Notes under the pieces: generated by a model
Told to the model about the DNA's origin: nothing
The model's input: only the letters and a program-made list of their open reading frames with translations
The model's database searches: none
From: Planctomycetota bacterium
GTDB lineage: Bacteria; Planctomycetota; UBA1135; UBA2386
Assembly (NCBI GenBank): GCA_046290465.1
Contig: JBKAGP010000001.1
Location: 5,472,001-5,536,000, forward strand
Reading direction: 5' to 3'
Length of the DNA stretch: 64,000 bases
Translations under genes and position numbers: made by a program
Shown here: positions 9,544 through 18,296 of the stretch, piece by piece
How the letters are laid out: each line of letters opens with the position of its first letter
Numbering within the stretch: position 1 is the stretch's first letter

Positions 9544-9891
9544 TCAGCGGTGGAGGGTGCCGGTGATGCGGACGGTCTTGAGGCGGACGAGGCCGAGGGA
9601 GAGGTGGGTGCCGAGCCAGTCCCAGAAGTTGGCGCCGGCGCGCACGCGGAAGTCCGAGATCGAGGTCGCACCGTCGCAGCGTTCGCGCAGCAGGTCGGCG
9701 ACCTTCGGCTGCTTCTCGCCGAGCAGGCCGTGCACGTACATCACGTACTTGCTGTCCAGGGAGAACGGCTCGCCGCCGGGGGCGCCGTGGGAGTCGGCGC
9801 GCACCGGGAAGGGCACGCCGTCGAGGTCGTAGCGCATCGAGCTGCACGCGGTCGCGAGCAGCAGAAGGAGCACGGTGGTCGCACGGAGCAT
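9544..9891 (-). CDS. Small lipoprotein (Bor-like)
   Basis: Lipobox LATA-C after a hydrophobic stretch; second Cys and C-terminal W-L...L-S-L-G-L pattern typical of Bor-like lipoproteins. Confidence 0.7.
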   Translation of the reverse strand: MLRATTVLLLLLATACSSMRYDLDGVPFPVRADSHGAPGGEPFSLDSKYVMYVHGLLGEKQPKVADLLRERCDGATSISDFRVRAGANFWDWLGTHLSLGLVRLKTVRITGTLHR

Positions 9892-10061
9892 CGCGCCATG
9901 TTCGCGGCTCGATGGCGGTGGCGCCAGCGCGACGCGCGCAGAGATACGCGCCGGAGTATCGAGGGCCCGGCGGCGGCGTCACCGCGTGGGGTAGAGTTGG
10001 ATTTCCTGCAGCGGCCGCGGCGTTCGGAAGAACGCTCCCGTCCCCCGAAGCCTGGCTGCCC

Positions 10062-12632
10062 ATGACCATCCCCGAGCAGAGCGTGGAGGAGGCCTTCCTG
10101 GCCTACCGCAAGGACCGCGACCCGGCGGCGCTGGCCGCGGTCTACGACGGCACGTCGTCGCGCATGCTCGCCGTCGCGCTGCACCTGGCCAGCAGCGCCA
10201 ACGCCGCCGAGGACGCGGTGCAGGACACGTTCCTGTTCGCGCTCGAACACCCAGAACGCTGGGACGAAACCCGGCCGCTGGTGCCGTGGCTGCTCGGCAT
10301 CCTGGTCAACCGCCTGCGCCAGTCGGCCTACCGCGCCAACCGCACGCCCGATCCCGGCCGCATCGCGCAGCCGGACGTTCCGGATCCCTCGTCGGAGCTG
10401 CAGGCGAGCGAGCTGCTGACCCGCATCGACGACGCGATCACGCACCTGCCGCAGCCGTATCGGACGGTCGTGCTGCTGCGACTCCGCAACGGCCTCGAAC
10501 CGGCCGACATCGCGGTCGCGCTCGATCGCAAGCCGAGCACCGTGCGCGCGCAGCTGACGCGCGGTGTCGAGATGCTGCGCAAGGTCCTGCCCGCCGGCGT
10601 CGCAGGCCTGATCCTCGGCACGCTGGCGCTGCCCCGGGGGCTGACCGCCGCGCGTGAGGTCGTGCTGAAGCGGGCCGCCGAAGTGCAGCGCGCGCTCGAG
10701 ATGCAGGCGCCGCTGGCCACACTCAAGCTCTGGTTGTTCGGCACCGGCGGCGTGCTGGCGATCGCGGCGCTGATCTGGGCGCTGGTGCTCGCGCGATCCG
10801 ATCCCGAGCTGCCGGAGCCGATCGACGAGCTGTTCGGGGTGGTCACCGAGACCCAGTCCGAGGTGCGCGAACTGCCCCTGCCGACGCCGTCCGCGCCGCC
10901 GTCGAGCGCGCGCGTCGAAGCGGCCGGCTCGACGGTGGTGCGGGTGTTGCGCCGCGATCGGGGCATGCCGTTCGCCGCGGTCGAGATCGAACCGCTCGGC
11001 GACCCACCGCAGGCGTTCGTGCACGCGACGTCGACTACGCGCGGCAGCTGGCGCGACGTCGTGCCGGCGCTGCCCAATCCGCCCGCGCTGGTCCGCCGCG
11101 CGACCACCGGCAACGACGGTGCCTGCGTGTTCAACCGGCTGCCGCCGGGGATCTGGGTCGGTCGCGCGCTCGGTGTCTGCACCGTGTTCGAGGTGCGTGC
11201 CGGCAGCGCCGGCGAGGTGCGCCTGACGGTCGAGCCGGGCAGCCGTCTGGTGCGCGGCATCGCGCTCGACGGCGATGGCTTGCCTCTGGTCGGAGCCCGC
11301 GTCTGGACGTGCCAGGAACACCGCAGCCGGGTGCGGCGGTTCGTCACCGCGTGCGACGAGGCCGGTCGCTTCCAGCTCGCGGTCGCGCCTTCGACCACCG
11401 TCGGCGTGGTCGCCGCCGGACTGGCACCGGTGGCCGTCGCCGTCGGCCGGCTCGCCGACATGCCGCCGCTCGACGTGCGCATGGTGCTCGAGCAGCCCGG
11501 CGCCAGCATCCGCGGTCGCGTCGTCGACGCCGCGGGGCGGCCGGTGGCCGGCGCGGTCGTGCAGGTCGGCCACTCGCGCGACGCGAAGGTCCGTTCGTGG
11601 CCGCAACAGCCCCAGGTTGTCGCGCGCGCGACGCGCATCGTGACCGACGACGACGGCCGCTTCACCTGTGTCGGGCTGGTGCCTGGCGCGGTTCGTCTGC
11701 GCGCGTTCACTCCCGACGCCGGCGTGTGCAGCGAGGTCGTGCAGCTGGCGGCCGGCGGCGAGGCCACCCCGGAGCTGCGGCTGCGCGGCACCGGTTCGGT
11801 GCAGGGCGTCGTCACCGGTGCCGACGGTCGGCCGCTGGCGGGGGCGATGGTGCGGGTCGGACGTCGCGGCGCCGTCGACCACCGCTCGTGCGTCAGTGGG
11901 GCGGACGGTTCGTTCCGGCTCTCGGGCGTGCCGGTCGGAGACGTGCGGATCGAGGCGTGCGACTACCGCGACGGCTTCGCGAGCACCGTGCTGGAGGTCG
12001 TCGCCGGGCAGGCCGCGCCGTGGTCGCCGACGTTCACCGCCGAGGATCTGGTCCTGCGCGGCCGGCTGCAGACGCCAGGCGGTCAGCCGTTCGCGGCGTG
12101 GATCGTGCACCGCGGGCGCATCGGCACGCGCGTGCTGCGAACGGATGGCGACGGCCGCTTCGCGGTGCCGGTCTCGGAGCGCGAGGCCGCGCTCGAGCAG
12201 TCGGTGTTCGTCTACCTCGAGGATCCGCGCAACGCGCGCGGCCACGTGCAGGGCACGCCGCACACCGGGGCTCGCGATTTGCGCGTCGGCAGCGAGGCGG
12301 TGCTGACGGTGCCGCCGCGCGCCGACTACCGCGGGCCGCGGCTGCGCAAGCTGGTCGGCGGCGAGCACCCGGTGCACATGGCGATCGTCTGGCCCGATGG
12401 CGCGGCCGGCGACGAGAGCGTCGACCTCGAGGTCTTCGACGCCGACGGGGCGCTGCTGCACCGTTCGATCTACCGCGGCGGCCGCTTCAACCAGGAAGGG
12501 CCCTACGTACTGCTGCCGTTCGGGACGTTCCGCATCGAGGCGCGCACCGCGTCGGGCCTGGCGGCGACCGTGGTCACCGGGTTCGGCCCGCAGGCGCCGC
12601 AGTTGCGCGCGGTGCTGCTGCCGCTGCGCTGA
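10062..12632 (+). CDS. ECF sigma factor fused to a TM helix and extracytoplasmic carboxypeptidase-regulatory-like repeats
   Basis: Sigma2 (AEDAVQDTF..., PWLLGI), sigma4 (LPQPYRTVVLLR...IAVALDRKPSTVRAQLTRG), TM LWLFGTGGVLAIAALIWALVLA, repeated G-x-V-x-D-x-x-G-x-P-x-x-G-A-x-V motifs. Confidence 0.85.
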   Translation: MTIPEQSVEEAFLAYRKDRDPAALAAVYDGTSSRMLAVALHLASSANAAEDAVQDTFLFALEHPERWDETRPLVPWLLGILVNRLRQSAYRANRTPDPGRIAQPDVPDPSSELQASELLTRIDDAITHLPQPYRTVVLLRLRNGLEPADIAVALDRKPSTVRAQLTRGVEMLRKVLPAGVAGLILGTLALPRGLTAAREVVLKRAAEVQRALEMQAPLATLKLWLFGTGGVLAIAALIWALVLARSDPELPEPIDELFGVVTETQSEVRELPLPTPSAPPSSARVEAAGSTVVRVLRRDRGMPFAAVEIEPLGDPPQAFVHATSTTRGSWRDVVPALPNPPALVRRATTGNDGACVFNRLPPGIWVGRALGVCTVFEVRAGSAGEVRLTVEPGSRLVRGIALDGDGLPLVGARVWTCQEHRSRVRRFVTACDEAGRFQLAVAPSTTVGVVAAGLAPVAVAVGRLADMPPLDVRMVLEQPGASIRGRVVDAAGRPVAGAVVQVGHSRDAKVRSWPQQPQVVARATRIVTDDDGRFTCVGLVPGAVRLRAFTPDAGVCSEVVQLAAGGEATPELRLRGTGSVQGVVTGADGRPLAGAMVRVGRRGAVDHRSCVSGADGSFRLSGVPVGDVRIEACDYRDGFASTVLEVVAGQAAPWSPTFTAEDLVLRGRLQTPGGQPFAAWIVHRGRIGTRVLRTDGDGRFAVPVSEREAALEQSVFVYLEDPRNARGHVQGTPHTGARDLRVGSEAVLTVPPRADYRGPRLRKLVGGEHPVHMAIVWPDGAAGDESVDLEVFDADGALLHRSIYRGGRFNQEGPYVLLPFGTFRIEARTASGLAATVVTGFGPQAPQLRAVLLPLR

Positions 12633-12664
12633 GCGCGCTCCCCGCAGGATGCGCGGTTCCTGCC

Positions 12665-13834
12665 TTACGGCAGGAACTTCTTCGGCTCCGCGAGCTTGCG
12701 CGGCAGGTACTCCTCGATCACGAAGTTGAGGCCCCACTTGGCCAGCGCCTGCTGCTCGGCGCGAACGCCCATCTTCAGCATCATCTTGATCGCCTTCTGC
12801 CACTCCTTGTGCGCCTGGAAGAACGGGTCGTTCTTGAGTGCGTCCTTGGCGCGCTTGACGTCGACGTCCTTGAGCGGGTGGGTCGCGTCCTGCAGCTCGA
12901 AGTCGAGGATGTCCTGCGGCGTCACGCCGAGGTAGCGCGCCTGCGGCACGCAGAAGAACTTGTTGAGGTGCACCGCGTTGCCGGAGCCGACCTTGAGCGT
13001 GCGGTAGATGTTGGAGATCCCGTACGGATCGCAGTCGTTGAAGCAGTAGACGGGCAGCTTGTTGTCGTCGGACAGCTTGCGGATGAAGCGCCGCGTCGAG
13101 CGCGTCGGCACGCCGGACGTGCCGATGATGATGCAGTTGACGTCGCGCCACCACTTGTGTTCGTGCAGCCGCGCGAACATGCCGCCGGTCTCGATGACCA
13201 GGATGAACTCGGCCTTGGTCTCGAACTTGAAGTGTTCGACGGAGCTCGGAATCGTGTAGCTGCCGCTGCCGAAGCGCGTGCAGTCGATGCGCTCCTCGGC
13301 GCCGGTCTCGCGGTCGCGGTCGATCACCACCAGCGAACCCGCGACGTTGCCGCCGTGATCCTCCGGACGGAACCGCAGCTGCTCGCGCGCGACGCCCTCG
13401 AGGCTGAACAGCGCCTCGATGTCGTCCATCACCGTGTCCGACTCGGGCTGCGACGTGAACTTCGCCTCGCCCCAGTTCTTGGACACGTAGTAGGCCTCTC
13501 GCTTGGTCGCGAAGTCGTCCTCCTGGACCATGTCCTTGCTGAGCGCCATCAGCTTGAGCGTCTGCGCGAACGTCTTGACGGTGTTGACCGTCAGCGTGCG
13601 TTCGATGCGGCCGCGGCCCATCTGGAAGCCGCCCTTCTTGTCGTAGCGCGCATTCTTCAGCGATCGCTCGGGGAACTTCAGCTCGGGCTTGTCGAGCTTC
13701 TGGATGCGGCCGTAGACGTGCTCGGCGCAGCGGTTGATCTCCCCGACCGTCACCTGGTCCAGCTTCGACATCGGCTTGCGCTGCTTGGGCTTCGCCGGCT
13801 TCTTGGTGATCTTCTTGGTCTTCTTGGCTGCCAT
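12665..13834 (-). CDS. top6A: DNA topoisomerase VI subunit A (Spo11 homolog)
   Basis: TKREAYY catalytic Tyr, Q-x-ESD, TOPRIM VIETGGMF and DCDPYG, AEQQAL. Confidence 0.95.
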   Translation of the reverse strand: MAAKKTKKITKKPAKPKQRKPMSKLDQVTVGEINRCAEHVYGRIQKLDKPELKFPERSLKNARYDKKGGFQMGRGRIERTLTVNTVKTFAQTLKLMALSKDMVQEDDFATKREAYYVSKNWGEAKFTSQPESDTVMDDIEALFSLEGVAREQLRFRPEDHGGNVAGSLVVIDRDRETGAEERIDCTRFGSGSYTIPSSVEHFKFETKAEFILVIETGGMFARLHEHKWWRDVNCIIIGTSGVPTRSTRRFIRKLSDDNKLPVYCFNDCDPYGISNIYRTLKVGSGNAVHLNKFFCVPQARYLGVTPQDILDFELQDATHPLKDVDVKRAKDALKNDPFFQAHKEWQKAIKMMLKMGVRAEQQALAKWGLNFVIEEYLPRKLAEPKKFLP

Positions 13835-13844
13835 GGATTCTCAT

Positions 13845-13878
13845 CGGGCTCTGACCAGCCCGCTTCGACCGGATCGTA
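13845..13878 (-). promoter_or_regulatory. top6A promoter: -10-like TACGAT plus 18-bp hairpin motif
   Basis: Minus strand TACGAT-N10-CGGGCTGGTCAGAGCCCG; the same motif and spacing occur upstream of top6B. Confidence 0.7.
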
Positions 13879-13908
13879 GCGAAGCGCGTCGACAGTTCGC
13901 AGGCAGAA

Positions 13909-15405
13909 ATGAACGGCTCCCCAGCGCCACAAGAGCCTCCTCGTGGAGTGTTGCCAACGTTGCGGCGGCTCGGACCCGGGCTGATCATCGCCGGCTCGAT
14001 CGTCGGCTCGGGCGAGCTGATCGCGACCACCAAGGTCGGCGCCGAAGCGGGCTTCACGCTGCTGTGGCTGATCGTCGTCGGTTGCGTCGTCAAGGTGTTC
14101 ACGCAGGTCGAGTTCGGCCGCGGTGCGATCGGGCGCGGGCGCACCGCGCTGCAGCTGCTCGACGACCTGCCGGGGCCGCGCTGGCGCGCCGGCTGGGCGG
14201 TGTGGCTGTGGGTCGCGATGACGCTGCTGACGCTGGCGCAGCAGGGCGGCATCGTCGGCGGGGTCGGCCAGGCGCTGACGATGGCGGTGCCGCTGACCGA
14301 ACGCGGCGCCGAGCTGCAGCAGCTGCAGGGCGAACTGGTCGCGCTGCAGGTGCAGATGGCGATGCAGCCGGACGTGCTCGATCTCGGCGCGATGCAGGTG
14401 CAGGCGGCCCTGCTGCAGGGACGCATCGAGGCGCTCGGCGGCTCGTCCGACGCGGTGCTGTGGGCGGCGATCCTGACCGCGCCGACCGCCGTCGTGCTGG
14501 TCGTCGGCCGCTTCACGCTGATCCAGCTGTTCGCGACCGGCATGGTGGTCGCCTTCACGATCGTCACCGTGCTGACCGTCGCGATGCTGCAGGCGCAGCC
14601 GGACTGGGCGATCCGTTCGGCGGAGCTGCTGCACGGGATGTCGTTCTCGCTGCCCGAGGCGGGCGGCGGTGCGGCGTCGTCGATGGGGACCGCGCTGGCG
14701 GCGTTCGGGATCATCGGGGTCGGCGCGGCCGAACTGGTGATGTATCCGTACTGGTGCCTCGAGAAGGGCTACGCGCGCTGGACCGGCGAGGCCGACGGCA
14801 GCGCCGACTGGCGCGGCCGCGCGCGCGGCTGGCTGCGGGTGATGCGTTGGGACGCGTGGCTGTCGGCGATCGTCTACACGTTCGCGACGGTGGCGTTCTA
14901 CCTTCTCGGCGCCGCGGTGCTCGGCCGCGTCGGACTCAACCCCGAGAAGGGCGCCATGGTGCGCACGCTGGCGCAGATGTACGTGCCGGTGTTCGGCGAG
15001 TGGGCGCGACCGATGTTCCTGGTCGGCGCGTTCTGCGTGCTCTACTCGACCTTCTTCGTGGCCAGCGCCGGCCTCGCGCGGATCGCGGCCGACTGCGTCA
15101 TGGTGCTCGGCCTCACACCGCGAACGGATGGTGCGCGGCGCCGCTGGACCCGCGTCTTCTGCGGCCTGTTGCCGGTGATCAGCTTCGCGGTGTTCGCGTG
15201 GGTCGAAGCGCCAGCCCAACTCGTGCTCGCCGGCGGCGTCGCGCAGGCGCTGATGCTGCCGGTGCTCGGCTTCGCGGCGCTGTGGGCCCGCTATCGCTGG
15301 ACCGACGTCGGGCTGCGACCGGGCCGCGCGTGGGACGTCGCGCTGTGGCTGTCGTGCGCCGCGTTCGTCGTGGTCGGTGCGTGGTCGCTGCTCTCCCGAT
15401 GGTAG
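13909..15405 (+). CDS. NRAMP-family (MntH-like) transporter
   Basis: LGPGLIIAGSIVGSGELI...GAEAGFTLLW, YPYWCLEKG, about 11 TM helices. Confidence 0.85.
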   Translation: MNGSPAPQEPPRGVLPTLRRLGPGLIIAGSIVGSGELIATTKVGAEAGFTLLWLIVVGCVVKVFTQVEFGRGAIGRGRTALQLLDDLPGPRWRAGWAVWLWVAMTLLTLAQQGGIVGGVGQALTMAVPLTERGAELQQLQGELVALQVQMAMQPDVLDLGAMQVQAALLQGRIEALGGSSDAVLWAAILTAPTAVVLVVGRFTLIQLFATGMVVAFTIVTVLTVAMLQAQPDWAIRSAELLHGMSFSLPEAGGGAASSMGTALAAFGIIGVGAAELVMYPYWCLEKGYARWTGEADGSADWRGRARGWLRVMRWDAWLSAIVYTFATVAFYLLGAAVLGRVGLNPEKGAMVRTLAQMYVPVFGEWARPMFLVGAFCVLYSTFFVASAGLARIAADCVMVLGLTPRTDGARRRWTRVFCGLLPVISFAVFAWVEAPAQLVLAGGVAQALMLPVLGFAALWARYRWTDVGLRPGRAWDVALWLSCAAFVVVGAWSLLSRW

Positions 15406-15539
15406 CGGCGGCGGCGTCGGCCATGGCGGCAACCGCTTAGGGGATGGTCCCACTGCGGGCATCCATCGCATGGGCGCTCGTGCTGGCAAACGCTTGAGGG
15501 CTACGCCATCGACTCCCGATAGACCGGGCCGGAGGGGGT

Positions 15540-16421
15540 ATGAGCAAGCACACGATCGTCGCGTTGTTCCTGACCGGCGCCGCCGCTGTCGCGCAGCAGG
15601 CGCCGAAGCTCGAATGGGTCGGCTGCGGCATCGCCAAGAAGGCGTTCATGACGTCGCTCGCGGAGGGCTACGAGAAGCACTGTGGAGTGCGGATCTCGCT
15701 CGCCGGCGGCGGCGCGACGCGCGGCATCCGCGACGTCGCCGCTGGCAAGGCGGACCTCGGCGGCACCTGCCGCCACAAGCTCGACCGACCGGACGAGGCC
15801 GACGCGGTGCTGCACCCGGTCGGTTGGGACGCGATCGTCGTCGTCGTGCATCCGGACAACCCGATCCAGAGCATCTCCTTCGGGGACCTGAAGAAGGTGC
15901 TGACCGGCGCCGTCACCAACTGGCAGCAGCTCGGTGGTGAGGACCACGCGATCGACGTGTTCGCTCGCAAGAGCAAGACGTCGGGGGTCGGCCTGATGGC
16001 GCGCGAACTGATCTTCTGGAACCCCGACTTCGAGTTCGCCGGGGCCACCAGGACGTTCCGCTCGAGCGGCCCGCTCGAACTGGCGCTCGAGAAGTCGCCG
16101 CACGCACTCGGCCTGACCGGCGTCAGCAGCGCGCACAAGCGCAAGCTGAAGATGCTGCAGGTCAACGGCAAGGCTCCGGACGCGAAGAACATCATGACCG
16201 GCGCCTACCCGGTCGTTCGCCCGCTCTACCTCGTGAGCAACAAGAAGGCCTCGGCCGCAGTGAAGCAGTTCGTCGCCTGGACCCTGAAGGACGGCCAGAA
16301 GCTGATCCAGAAGGAGGGCACGGTGACGGCCGCCGAAGGCCGCAAGCTGTGGGTCAAGTACAACAAGCTGATGAAGGGCATCCGGACGCGCCAGCGCGCC
16401 GCCGCGAAGCCCGGCAAGTAA
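15540..16421 (+). CDS. Periplasmic substrate-binding protein (PstS-like, PBP2 fold)
   Basis: GGAGG SD, signal peptide, [28 protein letters not shown]. Confidence 0.85.
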   Translation: MSKHTIVALFLTGAAAVAQQAPKLEWVGCGIAKKAFMTSLAEGYEKHCGVRISLAGGGATRGIRDVAAGKADLGGTCRHKLDRPDEADAVLHPVGWDAIVVVVHPDNPIQSISFGDLKKVLTGAVTNWQQLGGEDHAIDVFARKSKTSGVGLMARELIFWNPDFEFAGATRTFRSSGPLELALEKSPHALGLTGVSSAHKRKLKMLQVNGKAPDAKNIMTGAYPVVRPLYLVSNKKASAAVKQFVAWTLKDGQKLIQKEGTVTAAEGRKLWVKYNKLMKGIRTRQRAAAKPGK

Positions 16422-16440
16422 CGCCAACCGGACCAACCCC

Positions 16441-18243
16441 GTGCGCCTCAGAACCGCGATCCTGGTCGGCCTTGCGCCGGCGCTCCTGCCGCTCGTCGGC
16501 TCGACGCTTTGGACCTACTCGAGCACGTCCGAGAGCATGCTGTGCGATCGCGAACGGATCGTGCAGCTGGTCGCCGACAACGCCGCGATGCGGGTCGAGG
16601 CCCGCGTCGAGCGTGCTGCGCAGACGGTCGCGTCGTGGCAGCGCAACGCCGCGGACTCGCTCGGCCTCGGCCTCGAGTTCGAGAACGGCGACGAGGTGCG
16701 CTCGGTGCTGCAGGGCATGTTGTCTACAGCCGATGGCTTCGAACTGCTGCTGCTCGTCGATGCCGACGGCAAGCTGGTGCAGGCCGCGGATGGCGATGGG
16801 CGGGCCGGGCTGCTGGCGAGGTTGCGGGAGGCCGAGGTGCCGCTGCTGCTGGACCGCGTGCCGGCCGACGGCCGCTTCGCGCTGATGCGCCATCCCGCGC
16901 TCGACGCGATCGGGAGCGCGCAGCCCCGCACGCTGGTGGCGTCGTTCGCGACCAGCTCGAGCGTCGGCGAGGCGAACGGCAGCGTGCTGGCGTTCTTGCG
17001 CTGGAGTGAGGTCGCCGGCATCGTCGGAATGCCGGTGGCACAGCTGCATGAGACCGGCATGCCGGGCGGTGCCTGTCGCCTGTCGCGCGCCGGCGGCGAC
17101 GTGCTCAGCGGCGTCGGCGGCGAGCAGGTGTTCGACGATGCGGTGGCGGCCACCCGGCCGATCGAGGCGGGCCGGATCGACGCCAGGCTCGAGCTGCGGG
17201 TCGGCGCGCCGGCTGCCGTCGCGCTGGCGCCCGTGCGCACGCTGGCGGCCGTGAACTTCTCGCTCGGCCTGGCCGCCATCGGCCTGCTGGTCGGGCTCGG
17301 TGCGCTGGTCGCCGCGCGGCTGACCCGCAGCCTGTCGTCGGTGGGCACGCGGCTGGCGGCGATCGCCAGCGGCGGCAGCGACCTGCGCGCCCGCGTGCCC
17401 GAGGTCGGGGTGCACGAGGTGCGCGCGCTGGCCGGATCGTTCAACACGTTCGTCGGCGGGCTGCACGACCTGATCTGCGACGTGCAGGCACAGGCGATGA
17501 CGATCGAACGGGGCACCACCACGCTGGACTGCGAGATCCAGGAGATCGTCGAGCGAGCGTCGTCCCAGGCTGCGTCGACGCAGGCCATGCGCGGCACGCT
17601 GCACGAGATCGCCGACGGCACCGCCGCGTTTGCCGAGGCGGCGAAGCGGGTCGAGGTGTCGTCACAGAAGACCAGTGACGGTGTTGCGACCGGTCGCGCC
17701 AACATGCAGGACGCGACCGTCAAGATGCAGGCGATCACCGAGTCGGCGCACGAGATCGGCAAGGTCATCGACGTGGTGCAGAACATCGCGTTCCAGACCA
17801 ACCTGCTGGCGCTCAACGCCGCGGTCGAGGCCGCGCGTGCCGGCGAGGCCGGCAAGGGCTTCGCCGTCGTCGCCGAGGAGGTGCGCACGCTGGCGGCTCG
17901 CGCCGGTGCTGCGGCGCAGCAGACCGAAGGGCTTGTGCATGCGTCGATCGAGAACGTCGAGCAGGGCACCGAGTGCATGCAGGCGGCGACGGCGTCGTTC
18001 GAGGTCATCCTCGACCAGTCGAAGGCGCTCGGCGAAGAGATCGCCAGGACCGTGGACCAGGCCGAATCGCAGAACCGGTCGGTGTCGGTGCTGCAGGACG
18101 CGATCGTGCAGGTCGACGGCGACGCCAACCGGACCGCGGCCGGCACCCAGCAGCTGGCCGCGGGGGTCGCCGAGAACGCCGCCGCCGCCGCGATGCTGAA
18201 CGCGCTGACGTCGCAGTTCGTGGTCGAGCAGCCGGCGTCGTAG
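16441..18243 (+). CDS. Methyl-accepting chemotaxis protein
   Basis: Two TM segments, [38 protein letters not shown] signalling hairpin. Confidence 0.95.
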   Translation: MRLRTAILVGLAPALLPLVGSTLWTYSSTSESMLCDRERIVQLVADNAAMRVEARVERAAQTVASWQRNAADSLGLGLEFENGDEVRSVLQGMLSTADGFELLLLVDADGKLVQAADGDGRAGLLARLREAEVPLLLDRVPADGRFALMRHPALDAIGSAQPRTLVASFATSSSVGEANGSVLAFLRWSEVAGIVGMPVAQLHETGMPGGACRLSRAGGDVLSGVGGEQVFDDAVAATRPIEAGRIDARLELRVGAPAAVALAPVRTLAAVNFSLGLAAIGLLVGLGALVAARLTRSLSSVGTRLAAIASGGSDLRARVPEVGVHEVRALAGSFNTFVGGLHDLICDVQAQAMTIERGTTTLDCEIQEIVERASSQAASTQAMRGTLHEIADGTAAFAEAAKRVEVSSQKTSDGVATGRANMQDATVKMQAITESAHEIGKVIDVVQNIAFQTNLLALNAAVEAARAGEAGKGFAVVAEEVRTLAARAGAAAQQTEGLVHASIENVEQGTECMQAATASFEVILDQSKALGEEIARTVDQAESQNRSVSVLQDAIVQVDGDANRTAAGTQQLAAGVAENAAAAAMLNALTSQFVVEQPAS

Positions 18244-18296
18244 CCCCGTCCGCCGGCGCGGTAACGCCGCCGGCCGGACGTCGACCCGACCGTTCG

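Noticed and set aside
15484..15498. Sigma54-like TGGCAAACGCTTGA upstream of the binding-protein gene
   Set aside because: Spacing is off by one and the -12 GC is missing
15540..16421. Calling the binding protein pstS
   Set aside because: No pstCAB/phoU nearby and phosphate-site motifs are altered, so only the fold is supported
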